A stretch of DNA of 64,000 bases. Source: Podarcis tiliguerta (lineage: Eukaryota). Shown here piece by piece: positions 24,097 to 37,533 of the stretch. The translations under genes were made by a program, and so were the position numbers. Location: assembly GCA_965153285.1 (NCBI GenBank), contig OZ229114.1. The stretch is one strand, 5' to 3'. The notes under the pieces are model-generated. The model worked only from the letters and a program-made list of their open reading frames with translations. It ran no database searches and was not told where the DNA came from. The first letter of the stretch is position 1, and the number at the start of each line of letters is the position of its first letter.

Positions 24097-24233
24097 CAGG
24101 CATTAGGCAATGTTTGGCCCTCCAGATGTTTTGGCCTACAACTCCCATGATCCCTAGCTAACAGGACCAGTGGTCAGGCATGATGGGAATTGTAGTCCAA
24201 AACATCTGGAGGGCCGAAGGTTGCCTCTGCCTG
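24097..24233. mobile_element. hAT-Charlie (URR1-like) palindromic MITE
   Basis: Perfect 8-bp TSD CCTCACAG at 24089-24096 and 24234-24241; long inverted arms GGCCCTCCAGATGTTTTGG/CCAAAACATCTGGAGGGCC. Confidence 0.9.
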
Positions 24234-24443
24234 CCTCACAGCATACAATAGCAAATAGATAGCTTTAACAGGCCTTATGAATCATAATCCTGTTTATTAC
24301 TGCTATATTGAGTACAAAGTGGGAGCCGATGTGAAAAGCTGTGATTATTTGGCTGCCCCTTTTTGCATGTTATTTTGCTCTCTGCCAACTTATCAGCTGA
24401 GAAATGGGAACAAAGCTCAGGCCAAGACTCTCAGTTTTTTTAC

Positions 24444-24501
24444 CTGTATATCCTGGTATCAAAGGGTTGCACTCATCTACTTGTCGCTGAAATGGTTCCA
24501 T
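24444..24501 (-). CDS. SPMIP5: C10orf82/SPMIP5 (sperm microtubule inner protein 5) orthologue, first coding exon
   Basis: ATG at 24501; MEPFQRQVDECNPLIPGYT(G)|gtaaaa. An in-frame TGA lies upstream, and an acceptor at 24515-24517 implies a non-coding upstream exon. Resembles the recalled human N-terminus MEPSKTFMRNLPITPGYSG. Confidence 0.85.
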
Positions 24502-25509
24502 GCTTTTTCAAACTCTGATGAAAGAAAGTTAAGACTTTCAACTGAATCTAGACTCTAATATTACTAAGCCTGTTGTTCAAGAATTATCCCAATCAAAACA
24601 TATTGGTGTTTCAGGCTGTCAGAACCTTTAAGTCAGAGGTTGCAGAAGTACAGTTCCCAGACCTACCCATCAGACATGCTGCCTGGGGCTGATGGAAACT
24701 ATAACTTGGCAGCAGCTAGAGGACCACAAGGGAGCCACCCCTGCTATGAGCAGTCATCCATTTCCCTGTGTCATCCATTTCCCATTAGGAAAGACCCATC
24801 GCCTCTGCATACGAACAAACTATAGCCAGCAAGTCATCCAAGCAGACTCAAAACTCTTTAGACTTCATTTCCAGTGCAACTCTAGTTATCCTGCACTTGC
24901 CCAATCAGTAAGAATACGAAGTTCAATGGGGCTTGTTGAGATTGCTGCATTGCTCGGTCAGGAAAGCCTGAAAATTTAATGGAGGAACAAAACCCCTCCA
25001 AATGAGAACAAGGGCCTATTATTCTGTTCCAAACAGCAGCCAGCCTCTGGGAAGCTCACAAGCTGCGAGTTAGACCCAAGCTTGCCTTCTGGTTTCTCCC
25101 CAGTATTTGGTGCTCAGGGATACAGTGCCTCTGAACATGAAGATTTCATTTGGGGATTTGATAGGCTGTTCCTATGCAGTTGATAGCGACAGCAATGAAA
25201 TTGTGTAATCCTTTAAAAAGCTATTTATGTTCCTGGCTGCCACAGGCACACATCCTGCGGAAAGGATCCAGCAGCCTTGCATTACCTTACTAGCAGCATT
25301 GGCTTCTGCTGCTGCAATGTTTCATGTCCTTAGAGCACAAAAGAGATAGGGGGGACGGGGCGACAACGAAAATAACAGTATTGAGATTGGCAATAACAAA
25401 TGCAGACTCATGAGGGCTAAAGACAAAGGGTGTAGAGAGAGAGGCAGCAAACAGTGGTCAGCTACTGACAAGAAAGAGAAGAAAATGCAGCAGTCCTGGA
25501 AAGGCTGAC

Positions 25510-25680
25510 CCGTACAGGAGATCCCCCAAACGAACAATTCGCTCAGGAAGCTGGGACTGGGCCTTTTACCATGACAAGCTCTGCGAACAATACCATCCCC
25601 CAAGCTGGCTGCTTCCTTGCGGCCCTTTACAAGAGCTCAAGCTAGGTGCCCCATCCCTCCCATGGCATTGTGACCTCATC
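25510..25680 (-). promoter_or_regulatory. Candidate SPMIP5 promoter and non-coding first exon
   Basis: Minus-strand TGAGGTCA (CRE-like) at 25671-25678, X-box-like CTTGTCATGGTAAA at 25565-25578, possible donor CGG|gtcagc at 25510, locally higher GC. Confidence 0.3.
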
Positions 25681-25868
25681 CACACGACCTTTACAACACG
25701 CACAGGGAATAGAAAGGCTTCCGGAGCGTAGCTGCGATGCACAGGACTAGAATCATCTGTACAAGAGGCCTTCCTTTCTGCTGGATGGTGCATCTTGTTA
25801 GAAATAACTTTTAACACAGGAGCCATAAATAATCAGCAGAAGACATCTTCCCTCACAGTTTACTGTGT

Positions 25869-26194
25869 TTTATTTGACACTTTTTGAAGAGCACAGTACT
25901 CAGGAGATGCAACAGTGAAAAGCTGTGATCTGCTCCAGGACTTTAAGTGAGGTTTGTAGTCTTGCACAGGGAAGAAATTGAATGAGATTACAATGATCAG
26001 ATGTTTATTTATTTTTTTACAATATATTTGATGAATTATCAAAGCAGAGATGAATATTGTAGCATTATGCCCAACAACCTTTACACAATGTGCTGTGGAT
26101 TTTAAAGAGTGTAAATAATGCAGTTTTGCTACTGCAGTTACATCACTGCAATAAAATTACATCTTTTAATAATATATTTCAATGCTTGTTTATT
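25869..26194 (-). terminator. Candidate HSPA12A polyadenylation signal cluster
   Basis: Minus-strand AATAAA at 26189-26194, 26004-26013 (two overlapping) and 25869-25874. By eye these are the first canonical signals downstream of the stop codon. Confidence 0.5.
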
Positions 26195-29100
26195 TGGATT
26201 ACTGCAAGGTGCTTAGAGCATTGGTTGAGGTTTCTTTAATAGCACTGGGATGGATCCAGTTTAAGACTACAATCCTATACCAACTTACCTGGCAACTCAA
26301 CAGGGCCTACTTCTGAGTAAACATGTATAGTATTGCACTTAGTTGAATTTAGTTCCTTTTGAAATCAATATGAAACATTTGTCATGACTTAAATCATGTC
26401 GCTTATTTCAATGGGAACTAAATTCAACTTAATCCGCATCCAGCTCACAGTATTTTATAAACTCTGCCATCATTTTTAATTTCCAGGTTTATGATAAGTT
26501 GCTTTGGTTTTCCATGATTGGGTTCAGATGGAAACTTCCACAGAAAGCAAAGCAAGTTTTGCTGTCAGGGTAAAAGTTTGGGTCTCTCTAATATGGCACA
26601 GAGCAGAACCTTTCCCTTAAATTTCTATTGATCAAGATCTGTAAACAACAATCAACCAACCCTGCAGCAGAAAACACATGGAAAATTGTGTTTCTTACTC
26701 TCATCTGGCAAACATCTATCACTTTACCAGTTTCTACGGTACTTACAAGTGAAAATTCATGTGCCACTTCCTTTAAATTTAGCATAGGGCTCATACAAAA
26801 GCCTGTACGTATAGCATCACATTCTATTTCTAAAAGGTTCCCTTAGACACCAAACCTAATTTGCTATTATTTGGGAGAATAGGGGTGGATTCTAAGTGGC
26901 AGAGAGCATGCCCAGCAAAATTATACTGCTTTTGGGGGGCTGATGAAGATGGGGTGGGGGAAATAAGCTTTTTAAAAAATTATAAATCTCACAATAATAG
27001 CAACAGTGCTTATAGCAGGGTTTTAAAAACTAGTTACTGAAGTCTGATTATATTTAAATATTCAGTACACATAACAGCCAGTTCAGTAGCCCAAACAGTA
27101 CTTCAGCCAACATATTTGCAGTTGCCTTAGTTTCATGTACTTCAGAGGGATTCAGATGGGCAAGAATATAGCCTTAAGAGGTTGGTTTGCTGCATGGTGT
27201 ATTTCTAAGGAGCTGCTGCCATCCACGAGTTACCTCCCTTCATTGGCTGCAAGCACACTGAGCAAATTACATCAGGGGAATTAATCAGATAACTCACATA
27301 CCTCCATCCGAAAGAAGTTCTTTCTTGTAAACCGCTGTATTGCTATGCAAAATTTAGCTCACCTAGATTAATATAATTATCTTACTATCCAAGTGAAATA
27401 ATATCCCTGTAGAAGTTTAGGGAACAGGATGGAAAACTTAAAAAGTTTGGTATGATAATTTTGTGGATAATTTATAGACCGAAATCTCAGGATTGCAGGT
27501 TTATAGCACTTTTAACCTGGAATAACAGCTATTTTGATAAGACATTCAAATGTGCTACTAATGCAGATATGCTAATACACATAATTTTTGTACATACTTT
27601 TGTTCACAGAAGAGAAAGCGTAAGAGGTTTCATAGTACACTTTGTAGTGTTCTTCCATACAGAAAGTGGAATCATGCTTCTAATAACAATGTATTAGGGA
27701 AACATCCCATATTTAAAAATATATAGATGCAATGGCTAAAGACAATTTCGTGAGAACATTTTCTTGAACGTATGCTAGGAAACTGAAGAATTCCACATTT
27801 AAAATTTGTCTGTGTGATGAAAAGGGAGTTTAACATTTTAAGAGCTGATTTGTCAACTTGAATATATAATGTAATCTGAGGACTGGCCATCTAATCATGT
27901 TTTGTGACTGGGAGAAAAGAAGCAAATGAGACTATCTCAGTTATGGAAAGGAGAAAATGAGCAAGAATATAAAGATAGCATTCTGCTGCTGTAAAGGATC
28001 AGAAATGACTGACAGTTACAGAAATAATGGCTGGATAGTGTCTTAGGAGATTCTCACTACCAGAGATCAATTTATCTATGTCCTTTTTGGATCCTCCTTG
28101 CCACCTTGGCAGTTTCCAGCAGTGGGGACTTAATAGCGTTTGGTAAGGATTTTGCAGGAGTCCCTGCGGAGTGAAATCTCTTCCCAGTGCAGCACCTCCC
28201 AGCTGGACACAATAAGGTGTTGGGTTACTGCTCTTTTGCTTATTGCTCACTCAGAGAAGGCAGGTGAACAGGGACAAGCTGCAAAAGGAAGCAGTGCAGC
28301 AGGGCTAGGAAGACTGGTGGTGGGATCCTTGGCCCTGGCAGGCGCTCGGTTATACCAGGCCCCTGCTCCTTTGACTGCATGTATGATGAAGATGCAACAA
28401 CTTGAAACAATGCTTTTCCAAGACAACTGGGATTCTGGGAAGAGCCATGTCACAAAGCAAGGAAGCAGTCATGCAAGATGATCTTGTGTTGTATCTTCCA
28501 GGCAGCAATTGCCTATCAGAAGATGTAGCAGACCGAAAGGAGTCCAACACAATTAATATCAAGCAATCTTTTGCCATTCTAGCTTGCCACCCCTGGTGTT
28601 CTAGCTTAGGATGACATATGCATTCCGTTCTACTCTAGTAGGGGCCTGCACGGCTGGCAAATCACAATGAACCGGCCATGTTTTGTGGCCATTCTGGTAC
28701 TTGAGAATCCCTCTAATTTTTTTAGAGTACCTGGCAGGCAGCAAGCTGCACTCTCCATATGTAGCCGGTGGTCTGTATTTAGCCTGACTCTAGTAATAAA
28801 GAGATATCATTGAAATAAAACATAAAACATGAAATAAAACATACGGTTTGAAACTGGAAATCATTTGGGGTAATAAATGCCCCAAATGATCATCTAGTTT
28901 TCAGGTAGGAGAAGAAGACCTGATGTACAAAAGGACTTTAACCACTGTCATTCCTATGCATTACGGTACTTCAAATGGAACTGGGGCTGTTAAAAAGAAT
29001 TCAAAACCCAAAGGTGTTTCTGTATGCTATTCTTTGCATAGCAAGAAGAGTGTGGGATTGTCTGACACTCTTCATGCTCCCCTCCTGTTATTACAAGATC

Positions 29101-32100
29101 ATCATTGTGCATTTCATATCTCACCATCTTTAAAAGCCTATAATTACTGAAGCAGACTGTGAAACTATGTTATTTAAAATTAACCACTGAATGCAAATCA
29201 ACAGAGGTAAAGAGCACTCTGTACAAGAAAATAGCACTTTAGAAAGAAAGCATCTGTACAATATTTAAATATTGTATATACATCACGTAATATTGTTCAT
29301 AGCTCACCCAAAGGAGTTGCTTATTTGTAAACCATGGAAGGCCACACACACTTACACATACAGAAAAACAAACCGTTTGCCTTTAAAACACAGCAGACAG
29401 GAGGAAAACAAAGGAAAGCCAGCATGCACACTTTCTAATTATTCAGTAGAATAATTATTTAAGGAACAGCAAGCTAGATACTGTGACTAGAATTATCCAG
29501 CCCATCCCTGTGATAGCTAATTCAGCAAAGCTTATTCACATTCTATCAGGGAATTATATAATGGATATAATGCAAATGGGGCCCCTTTAAAATTCATCAC
29601 TGAATTTTTAAGCATTTGCACAATGGCCCCTAAAATATAAGTGCCTGATCAATAATCTTACGTTTTTAAAAGTAAAAAGGGTCTATGGCTTTTCACTCAT
29701 GCATAGCTAACTGGAAAAGGGTGTAACTACACGATTACGGTAACGTTCTGGTGCGCTGGATGCATGACTGGGATTCAGTGGATCACAATGCGTTTTCAAA
29801 ATGTTGTGGGCGGGGAAACATGGCTGACCTTCTCCATCGGTGTTGAGGGTGTCTGGCTGCAAATCCAATCTGGAAATGACCACATATCAAAAGCCCTGCA
29901 TTGTGGCTTTAGACTGCATGGCATGGAAGCTGCCTCCACGCTGCAAATTGGCAGTCTTGAAGGACCTGCAGCACAGAGAAACATCTTTTCCCCAAGCCAC
30001 CTCTAATCACATTTGGTCTGTAGTAATGCAGAACTGCAGGCCATGTGCGAATCCAGGAAATTGTTAGGCGGACGCAGCCACATCACACCACAGTTTAAAG
30101 CAACTTCTGTGTTGGGGGAATTTCTTATGTTCAGCTGCTCTAATTCACACCGGGAAGGGATCTAGTTTGTTGCCTAAAGCTTTTGAGAGTTTTGAAGCTG
30201 GCAGTGCTCAAGACATGTGCCATGTTCCTTTCTTATGTGGTGTGGGAGCAGGGGCAGCCGAGTCTCTCATTTCTTGGAGAAAGTGTTCATGCTCCCTCTG
30301 CAGGCCAAATGCAATACAGCTGAACTTCCTGTCCTGCCTATATGTACAGTGTATCTCCTGGATATAGATTTTAAGCTTCTTCCGGATGTACTTCATCACA
30401 GAAGCTGGTGAGGAGGAAAGCTGGAAATTGCCCACTTCATGACTTATGTATGCAGGGCTGGGTATACACAGTTACATCAATGGAAGAGAATGGGAAAGCA
30501 AGTATTTTGGACGCAAATGAATGACAGGTACAGTAACTACTCTCTATAGAGTTGTGAATATAACAACCTGTTTTCTTTTTTCCTGATGAATCATTCTAAA
30601 TAACAATAAGCATTTTATATAGTTCTTTCATGAACAGGTGAAATAAGCTGGCCCTGTATAAAGGTATCCCTTTTCTTTTACTGGATCTCACTTTCTAGGA
30701 CCAACACAGTATATATTTCCTGTTTCTTAACAAGTATGAGAGAGGTAATGAAAATGGCTCCTTGCTTTCTCCAACCTCAGAATAGAGGTGCTTTCTGGGC
30801 AGCTACTGCCGCCATACCCCTTCATTTCTTTTGCATGAGGTCTGCCCAACAGCTAGCTGGAAGTATGTTTTTTTAAAAAAAAATTAAAAAAAATCCCTAC
30901 TTACCACATAAAGTCCCAAAGTAAAATGTGAGGTGGGAGCTCTTCAATTTGTAAAAACTGTTGAGAAGGGAGACTTTTAAAAAACCTCTCTTTCCAATGA
31001 ACAAAAAAGAAGAAATACTCAAATACTTGGGCTGCAATGTTAATGGCTAATCCAGGGAGAGCCGTTCAGATGTTGTTGGTGTGTAACTCTCATCATCTCT
31101 GACCATTGGTGATCTGACTGGGACTGGTGGAAATTGGAGGGCTACAGGTTCCCCTATTCCTGGATTAATCAGGTTAGATTAACACTTCGGGTAGATCCAC
31201 TGGAATCATTTCACTTGATCAACTAGCCTGTGCTATTGATTCCAGCGGGTCTGCTCTAGATATCACAAAGTCTGGATCCAACATATTGTTTTAAATACAA
31301 TGTGTATTTATACAAACTACTTATACAAACTGCAGGTGGCAAACATCATCCTTTTCCCCTTCACCTAAAAAGGGTGTGCCTGTCCTAAGATGAGATTGTG
31401 TATCATATCTGCTAATTTGAAATGTATGCTCCTTGCAATACTTAGTGAATGTTTTGCAAATTTAATTGATTCCTTTAAATGGGCTGCAGCCTTAACAAAT
31501 CTGCTTTGTGGCTTGGAAGTTTGCTAAAACAAAAGCAAAAGCCACCAGAAGCAGTCATCATATATCCCCAACAAGTAAATGTGCCTGGATGGTAAGTGCT
31601 GTTTTTTCATATTTTACAAAGAAAGGCTAGATACTTCACCTCTAGCACTTGTATTAAAGCATATAAATAAGAGAGGTCTGGTTTTAAAACTGCTAAAGAC
31701 CTATAAGTCTCCACTGACAATTAACAGCAGCACTTGAGAGGACCACTTTAACTTAGGGCTGCAGTGATGACCTCCTGCTGTCCGAAGCACTTGTTGGTGT
31801 CAGTGAGACAGCTTGCCATTTGCTGTATTAGGGTCTTCAATGTAGGACCATGAATATGAGCTTTGACATTTTGGGCCCCAAATACAGCACATGTGGAATA
31901 CTTCCAGTAAAACGATTTGTTTTCCCAATCAAGAGGGCAGTGATATTTCAACGACTAATTCTCACAATGCATTTAGCCATTTTGGATTATTCCGTTTCAT
32001 GTTTAGCACCTGATAACCATGTAAATTTTGGATTCCTGAACAGGTAATTTTGAGAACGACGACAACAAAAATACCTGACGTTTCCCTTCTAATGGTTCTC

Positions 32101-32201
32101 TCCTTTTTCTGTCTGGCTGAAATGCAAGTCCGTTTTGGTGACGCATGAAAAATGAGAGAACAGAGTGTTGAACTAACGGGGGGGGGGGCAGGGGAGGAGC
32201 A

Positions 32202-32836
32202 TTAGTAGTTTAGGAAATCAATACCAGCTTTGACACTTTTAGAAGTGGCAACGTCAATTGCCATGGCTTTGATCTCAGTGTCCCCAAATTGCATGAGTGT
32301 TTTGATCTCCCTCCTGCTTGGCGCGGACGTATCAGTTCCTGTGAGATCCAGGCGCAGAGTGCCACACTTCTTCACCCCTGGCTCAGTAATGAAACTGACG
32401 TGGTCATGTTCCGAGCTGTAGATGTTGATCACGATGACCAGCTGCGAAGGCTTGGCAGGTGTATAGCTGCGCGACACAGTCTCCCCAAGAGCCACCGACT
32501 GGTCAGCAGAAATAAATTTGTCAAAGACATCCGTGCACCAGCGGGTGCCATCTTTCACTAGCAGCTTTTCTGCAGGGTGCTTGCCCTCCACGTAACGATT
32601 CAGGACTCCTACCCCGTAGGTCAGGGGAGAGCGGCGCACTTTAATGACAGCAGGATCCAGACCAAATAAGACTGCTCCTTTGAGGATTGTGAGCCCCACA
32701 TCCTGAGGAATAATGATTCGGCATTTGGAGCCGAAAGCATTCTGGATAGCTTGCTGTAGTAGCGGAGCTTCAGCAAATCCGCCCACCAGGAAGAGGAACT
32801 TCACATTAGTTACTTCTGGCTTTTCAAACAAATCAC
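32202..32836 (-). CDS. HSPA12A: HSPA12A terminal exon, coding part
   Basis: ccaag| phase 1, 635 nt; [27 protein letters not shown]...[13 protein letters not shown]. The GIDFLNY C-terminus is typical of HSPA12A. Exons 3-12 sum to 1896 nt in frame. Confidence 0.97.
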
Positions 32837-33165
32837 CTTGGTGGAGAGGGAAATCCACATGGTCAGAATAACAGTAATACCTTTGCAGGTGTTAAGAGAA
32901 CAGAATGACAAATGACAGGAAAACTCACTAAATGGAATGAGAGGAATCCAATATGATTCACAGAATGACATTGTGAAGGCATCAAAGTAGGCTAGGTGCT
33001 CTACAGATCTAGAATGTTGTATCCAACTAAGTTCTAATCACTTGCCATTCTTTCCCACCAATGTTAGTTCTCCTCAGAGTAACCCCATTGACTAAGTTAG
33101 GTCTGTTCATGTCGGTGGGTCTTTTAAAAGTCCTTAAGACATTCGAACACACCCTTGATACTTAC

Positions 33166-33269
33166 TGAGATGTTGTATGATTTCATCAATGGTAGGCTTG
33201 AAGAGAGCATTCATTGCATCAGGACTCATCCTCAGCATTCCTTGTGATGACCACTTCACAAAATCTACA
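33166..33269 (-). CDS. HSPA12A: HSPA12A exon 11
   Basis: ttacag|...|gtaagt, 104 nt; (N)[34 protein letters not shown]. Confidence 0.95.
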
Positions 33270-33828
33270 CTGTAAACAGGACATGATAAGAAAGTTTGCT
33301 TTTAAAAGAAATGCTTTTTCATGAAATGCTGCTCAATTAGCAAAAATCATGTTACTAACTCAAGATGTTTCAAACAGCTGGAAATGAAAGGATTCACTAT
33401 GTAACCAATGAGATTTTTTTTTACATTAGCTAAGGCCATGATAAATAGAACACCTTCACGCAATGGGAGAGTAAGTGGGAGAGCACCCATGCTGAAGAAA
33501 AAGCTGCTTTGGTTTGCCTTCTGTCAGTTTTTTTATTTCTACCATGATGTTCAGGTGCCAACCAAAGATGCTTTTGTTTTAAGAAAGTTGACCCCTGAGA
33601 TATTGTAGAATTTGTTTTAGAATTTGTTTGGGGGTTTGTTTGTTTGTTTTGTATTTTTATCTTTGATGCCTCAGGCCATGAAGCAGTTTGTATATTTCAT
33701 ACAACAGAATGCCATCTCCTTCACATATTGCCAGGAATTTTCTTCAGTCTTACTTGGACTGATTATTCCTTTTGTGTGGCAATGAACACAAAAATCTCTT
33801 TGGATTCTGTTAACTTAAAAATACTTAC

Positions 33829-34087
33829 TTGCTTTTCCTTAAGGCGTGTTCCACACTGTGTCCTCGAAATTTCTTGTAGTAGTCAATGAACGAGAAAGGC
33901 AGGGTGATGTTGAGTGGATTAGTCCGATCTGGTGCTGCCGCCCTTTTGCGTGATTCAAACGCGATCATCAGATCAACCCAGGCAGCAGGCCGCTTGATCT
34001 TAAATTGTTCAATAAAATCTTCTCCAAATATTTTACACAGGAGTCTTTCAAATTCATAGTCTACCCCTAAGGAACCATGCGGCCCAC
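33829..34087 (-). CDS. HSPA12A: HSPA12A exon 10
   Basis: tgcag|...|gtaagt, 259 nt; [49 protein letters not shown]...HALRKS. Confidence 0.96.
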
Positions 34088-35067
34088 CTGCATCAGAGAC
34101 AATTAGAACCATTAATCAAACATATCACTTAAGGAATGATGCAACCAACATATTTTAAATATTGCATGGGCATTGTGATATGGACTCGAAAATCAAGCCA
34201 TAGAAAAACATACTGTGCTCAGTTGAGGCAAACTTGGAGCTGCAATCTTAAATACACTTAGTAGGGATTAACTCCTGAATTCAGGGAGGTGATTATTGAG
34301 TAAGCAACCGCAGGAGGAGCATGTCATAAGCAGAATTCAGATACATGGGTGGAATTCAACTAACTGTTGCTCAGAGGAGACCTACTGAAATTAATAGACC
34401 TAACTCAGCCATATTCAATCATTTCAAACACCCTATGCGTTTGTTTGGAATCCATGTACTTCCGAAGCGGAGAAGCTTCCTATGGAGTACGCACTTAAAG
34501 ACACAAATATGTAACTAATGTACTATGTAGTCTGGTCCAGGCACACAATTTTAACGTACTATTTATAATCTCTTCCCCCTTTCCTGAAGTTCCCATTTCT
34601 TGTCTTCTGGCTTCAACTCCTCCTAAAACTTCAAAACCTCCCTCCTCTCTTTGATTGCCAATGCTCTTTGCCTTTCCTGAAAAACTGATGGTGGAAGCAT
34701 GTTAAATAAAAAGAAACCAATGTAAATTTACTTAACACCTGAAAGACTGGCTCCTTCCATAAAAGACATCTCTGGTATTAAGATCAGCAGCGGAAGCCCG
34801 CTTGGTCATTCTTCCAACCTCAGTAGTTTGATGTGTACGGTCTGGGAAAGGGCATTCTTTGTGGCAGCCCCTAAGTTATGAACGTCCCTCCCCTCAGACA
34901 CCTTCCCTATGCAGTTTTCAGCTAGCTTTGGACACCTGAGATGTGTGTTTTCAGGACCGACCCTATTCCTGTGACTGTGATTTGTTTTAACTATTTTTAA
35001 TATTGATTTTTATATTACTGTACCCTGCTTCATAATCTGCTGGTAAAGGGTGGGTGGCGGTGATGGT

Positions 35068-35091
35068 AACAACAACAACAACAACAACAAC
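35068..35091 (+). repeat. (AAC)8 microsatellite
   Basis: Direct reading; sits at the tail of an L2-like fragment. Confidence 0.9.
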
Positions 35092-35456
35092 GTAATCTGC
35101 TTGTCTTGGTACAGAATCAGAATTCCCTTGGCACAGAGCATACATATGTCTGTGAACATTGCCATCGCTTCATTTAATAACAATGAAATTCAGTGGTGGG
35201 CTGCATGATACAGAACCACCACTCACCTAACCTCCGGTTGGTTGCTTATCAGGAGGTAGAGAGGCGAGGCAGTGGCGAGTTCAACACGGTGCAAACACAC
35301 CAGCAGAGCCAATCTGGCACTCCTGTTGGTCTGTTTGATAAGCAGCAGCTATGTGACCACCAGAGCACAAGTGAGCAGCACTGCCCCGCTGTGCTGCCCT
35401 CTACTGGTTAAATGCAGATGTTCTACAATGAGTAGGAGTGAAGAAAGCAGCTTCAC

Positions 35457-35561
35457 CTGTTGCCTTGTAGAGTTCCTTTAAGTGTCCTTCAGGTAACCTT
35501 ATCTGGTGGACTGTAACGTCAACTGTCCCTCCTCCACTATCAACAACTATGTAACGGTCGC
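35457..35561 (-). CDS. HSPA12A: HSPA12A exon 9 (phosphate-2 motif)
   Basis: aacag|...|gtgaag, 105 nt; (G)[34 protein letters not shown]. Confidence 0.96.
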
Positions 35562-35694
35562 CTGTTAATACAAGAGGAATCACAAGCCATGTATTAGAGT
35601 CAAATGATATAACTACATTTTTGCACAGATGCTGCTGCTGACAGGTCTAACCAAAAGGCAGCAAGGGCCAAGGTGACTCAGGAAAGGACACTAC

Positions 35695-35781
35695 CTTCTT
35701 CCAACTCGGACCAGATCTCTCCTATGACATTTTCAACCATAAAGGTGCGGCTTTGACGGTTACGCCGAATGTGTTCTTTAG
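35695..35781 (-). CDS. HSPA12A: HSPA12A exon 8
   Basis: tctag|...|gtagtg, 87 nt; (A)KEHIRRNRQSRTFMVENVIGEIWSELEE. Confidence 0.95.
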
Positions 35782-37361
35782 CTAGAGGATGACAGAGACA
35801 AAACACTAATTGTAAGAAAGCATGAACAAGTTGGATGTGTACCCTGCAGACCGCAAAATGGAAGAACACTGAAAGCTGGATAGTCATCATATTGTTAAGC
35901 ACTTGTCCTAATGTTTTGGGGATAAAAGCCATGACCCCAATTCACAGACATTCCTTTAATTCCTACAACAAATTGGTTCTAAACAGGAGTGGCAGCAGCT
36001 AAAGGCTTTTAACTGAACAAATCACAATCTCTGTTAGGATCTTTGTTGGTTCTGAATAAATCACAATTCTGCCAGCAGAGGGCGCATCAACACAGAATTT
36101 GAAGTCTGACTAAATTAAATCTGTATTAAGGGATAGTACTTGTGATATGAAAATATATATATTTAGAGAGGATCAGGTGTGTTACCAATTTTTCAAATAT
36201 GCACAGCGCCATAGACACTGTGTTCTCTGCAAAACTGCTTGCTGATTTTAAGACACTCAAGAGTCATGGTAGCATAAAGGCAAACTCCCGTCTTCTATTT
36301 TGGTGGCCCATAAGAGAGTTGCATACGTTAAACAAACCAACTGTGAATTGGGGACTCAAGATATGCACATTGTTTGTTACTATCACTAAAAAAGAAAGAA
36401 TAACTGTTTTAATTGCAAGCACTCTTTGTACTATGAATGAATGCGGCATCATAGTTTTCTTTAGATCAAGGAAAACAACAGGTTGGAAGTTACTTTTTAA
36501 ATATCATGCTAGGAGTAGCATATAACCACAGAATCGGAAGGTCATCTACTCTAGTCCCTTGCTTAATGTACAGCTGTCCCCAGAATTGCAGTCTTGCACA
36601 ATTCCTGGTTGTTTTGATGGAATTTTCCCATGAGAATGTCTCAACGGATGTTCAAAACATTTGTTTCCCCAGTGCCTGGAACAGGTAATCTGGAAGAAAT
36701 AGTATTCTAATTTTATGCTCACACTCGTCAACAGAGATGTTATGCTGCACTTTGAATCCCTTTTAAGCAAGTGGCCTGTGTGCTGGAACAGAGCCACCCA
36801 CTCAAGACTGGTGTCACTACAGCTTACAGGGCTGGGGTGAGATGATGGCAAGGCACAAAGGTAGAGTCATGGTGCTCCTGCTGGTATGTCCAAGCAGCCT
36901 TGACCTGGCATGCAACCTGCCCCACCCCTGTCCAGGTAAGCTACAGCAATACAGGTGTTGGGTTGGCTGCTCCTCCCCACCCAACCTGACACAGATCAAT
37001 TAAGCTAAGCATGTTTCCATTCTCTTCCATTCATAAAATCAGCACGGGTATAGAATTCCCCTATCTGTCTGGAAAACGCTCTCAGAATTTTTATTCCACC
37101 TTTGGCACAGGCTCACATATGATAACACTGTTCCGAAACACTTAAAACTGTGGAACAGCTGAAACGTTCACACTTTAATGAACCTGACCGGGTAGTTTCT
37201 ATTATTAGGGCTGGCAATTACCTATCCAGGTTCTCCCAGTGTGAAAATCAAGAGTTGGCCAGGAAATTTGGAAGACATCTTGCTATGAAAGATTTTGGCA
37301 AGAAAGGGTGAGTAGAAAATTAGGTTGAGCACTAATCATAGCTCAATTAAATCAGCCCTAC

Positions 37362-37533
37362 CTGGTGTAAAGCCAGTGGCAATGGTCTCACTTGGGTTAT
37401 AACCATTAACAGGCCCTTTGCTGCTTAAGTCTATCATCTGATGAAGGCGGAGCTTCCTGCAGTAGATGGATGCAGCCTCTGGCTCCAGGGCAATTATGAG
37501 CTGCTCAGGGTTTTCTGGGGATGCCATTCCTGC
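37362..37533 (-). CDS. HSPA12A: HSPA12A exon 7
   Basis: cacag|...|gtaggg, 172 nt; AGMASPENPEQLIIALEPEAASIYCRKLRLHQMIDLSSKGPVNGYNPSETIATGFTP. Confidence 0.96.

Noticed and set aside
27230-27360. Donor-like sites on the minus strand as SPMIP5 exon 1
   Set aside because: They lie upstream of the candidate HSPA12A poly(A) cluster and have no supporting promoter features; they cannot be excluded without transcript data.
32837-32858. N-terminal MDFPLHQ of ORF 32202..32858 and similar ORF extensions
   Set aside because: Intronic read-through upstream of the true splice acceptor.
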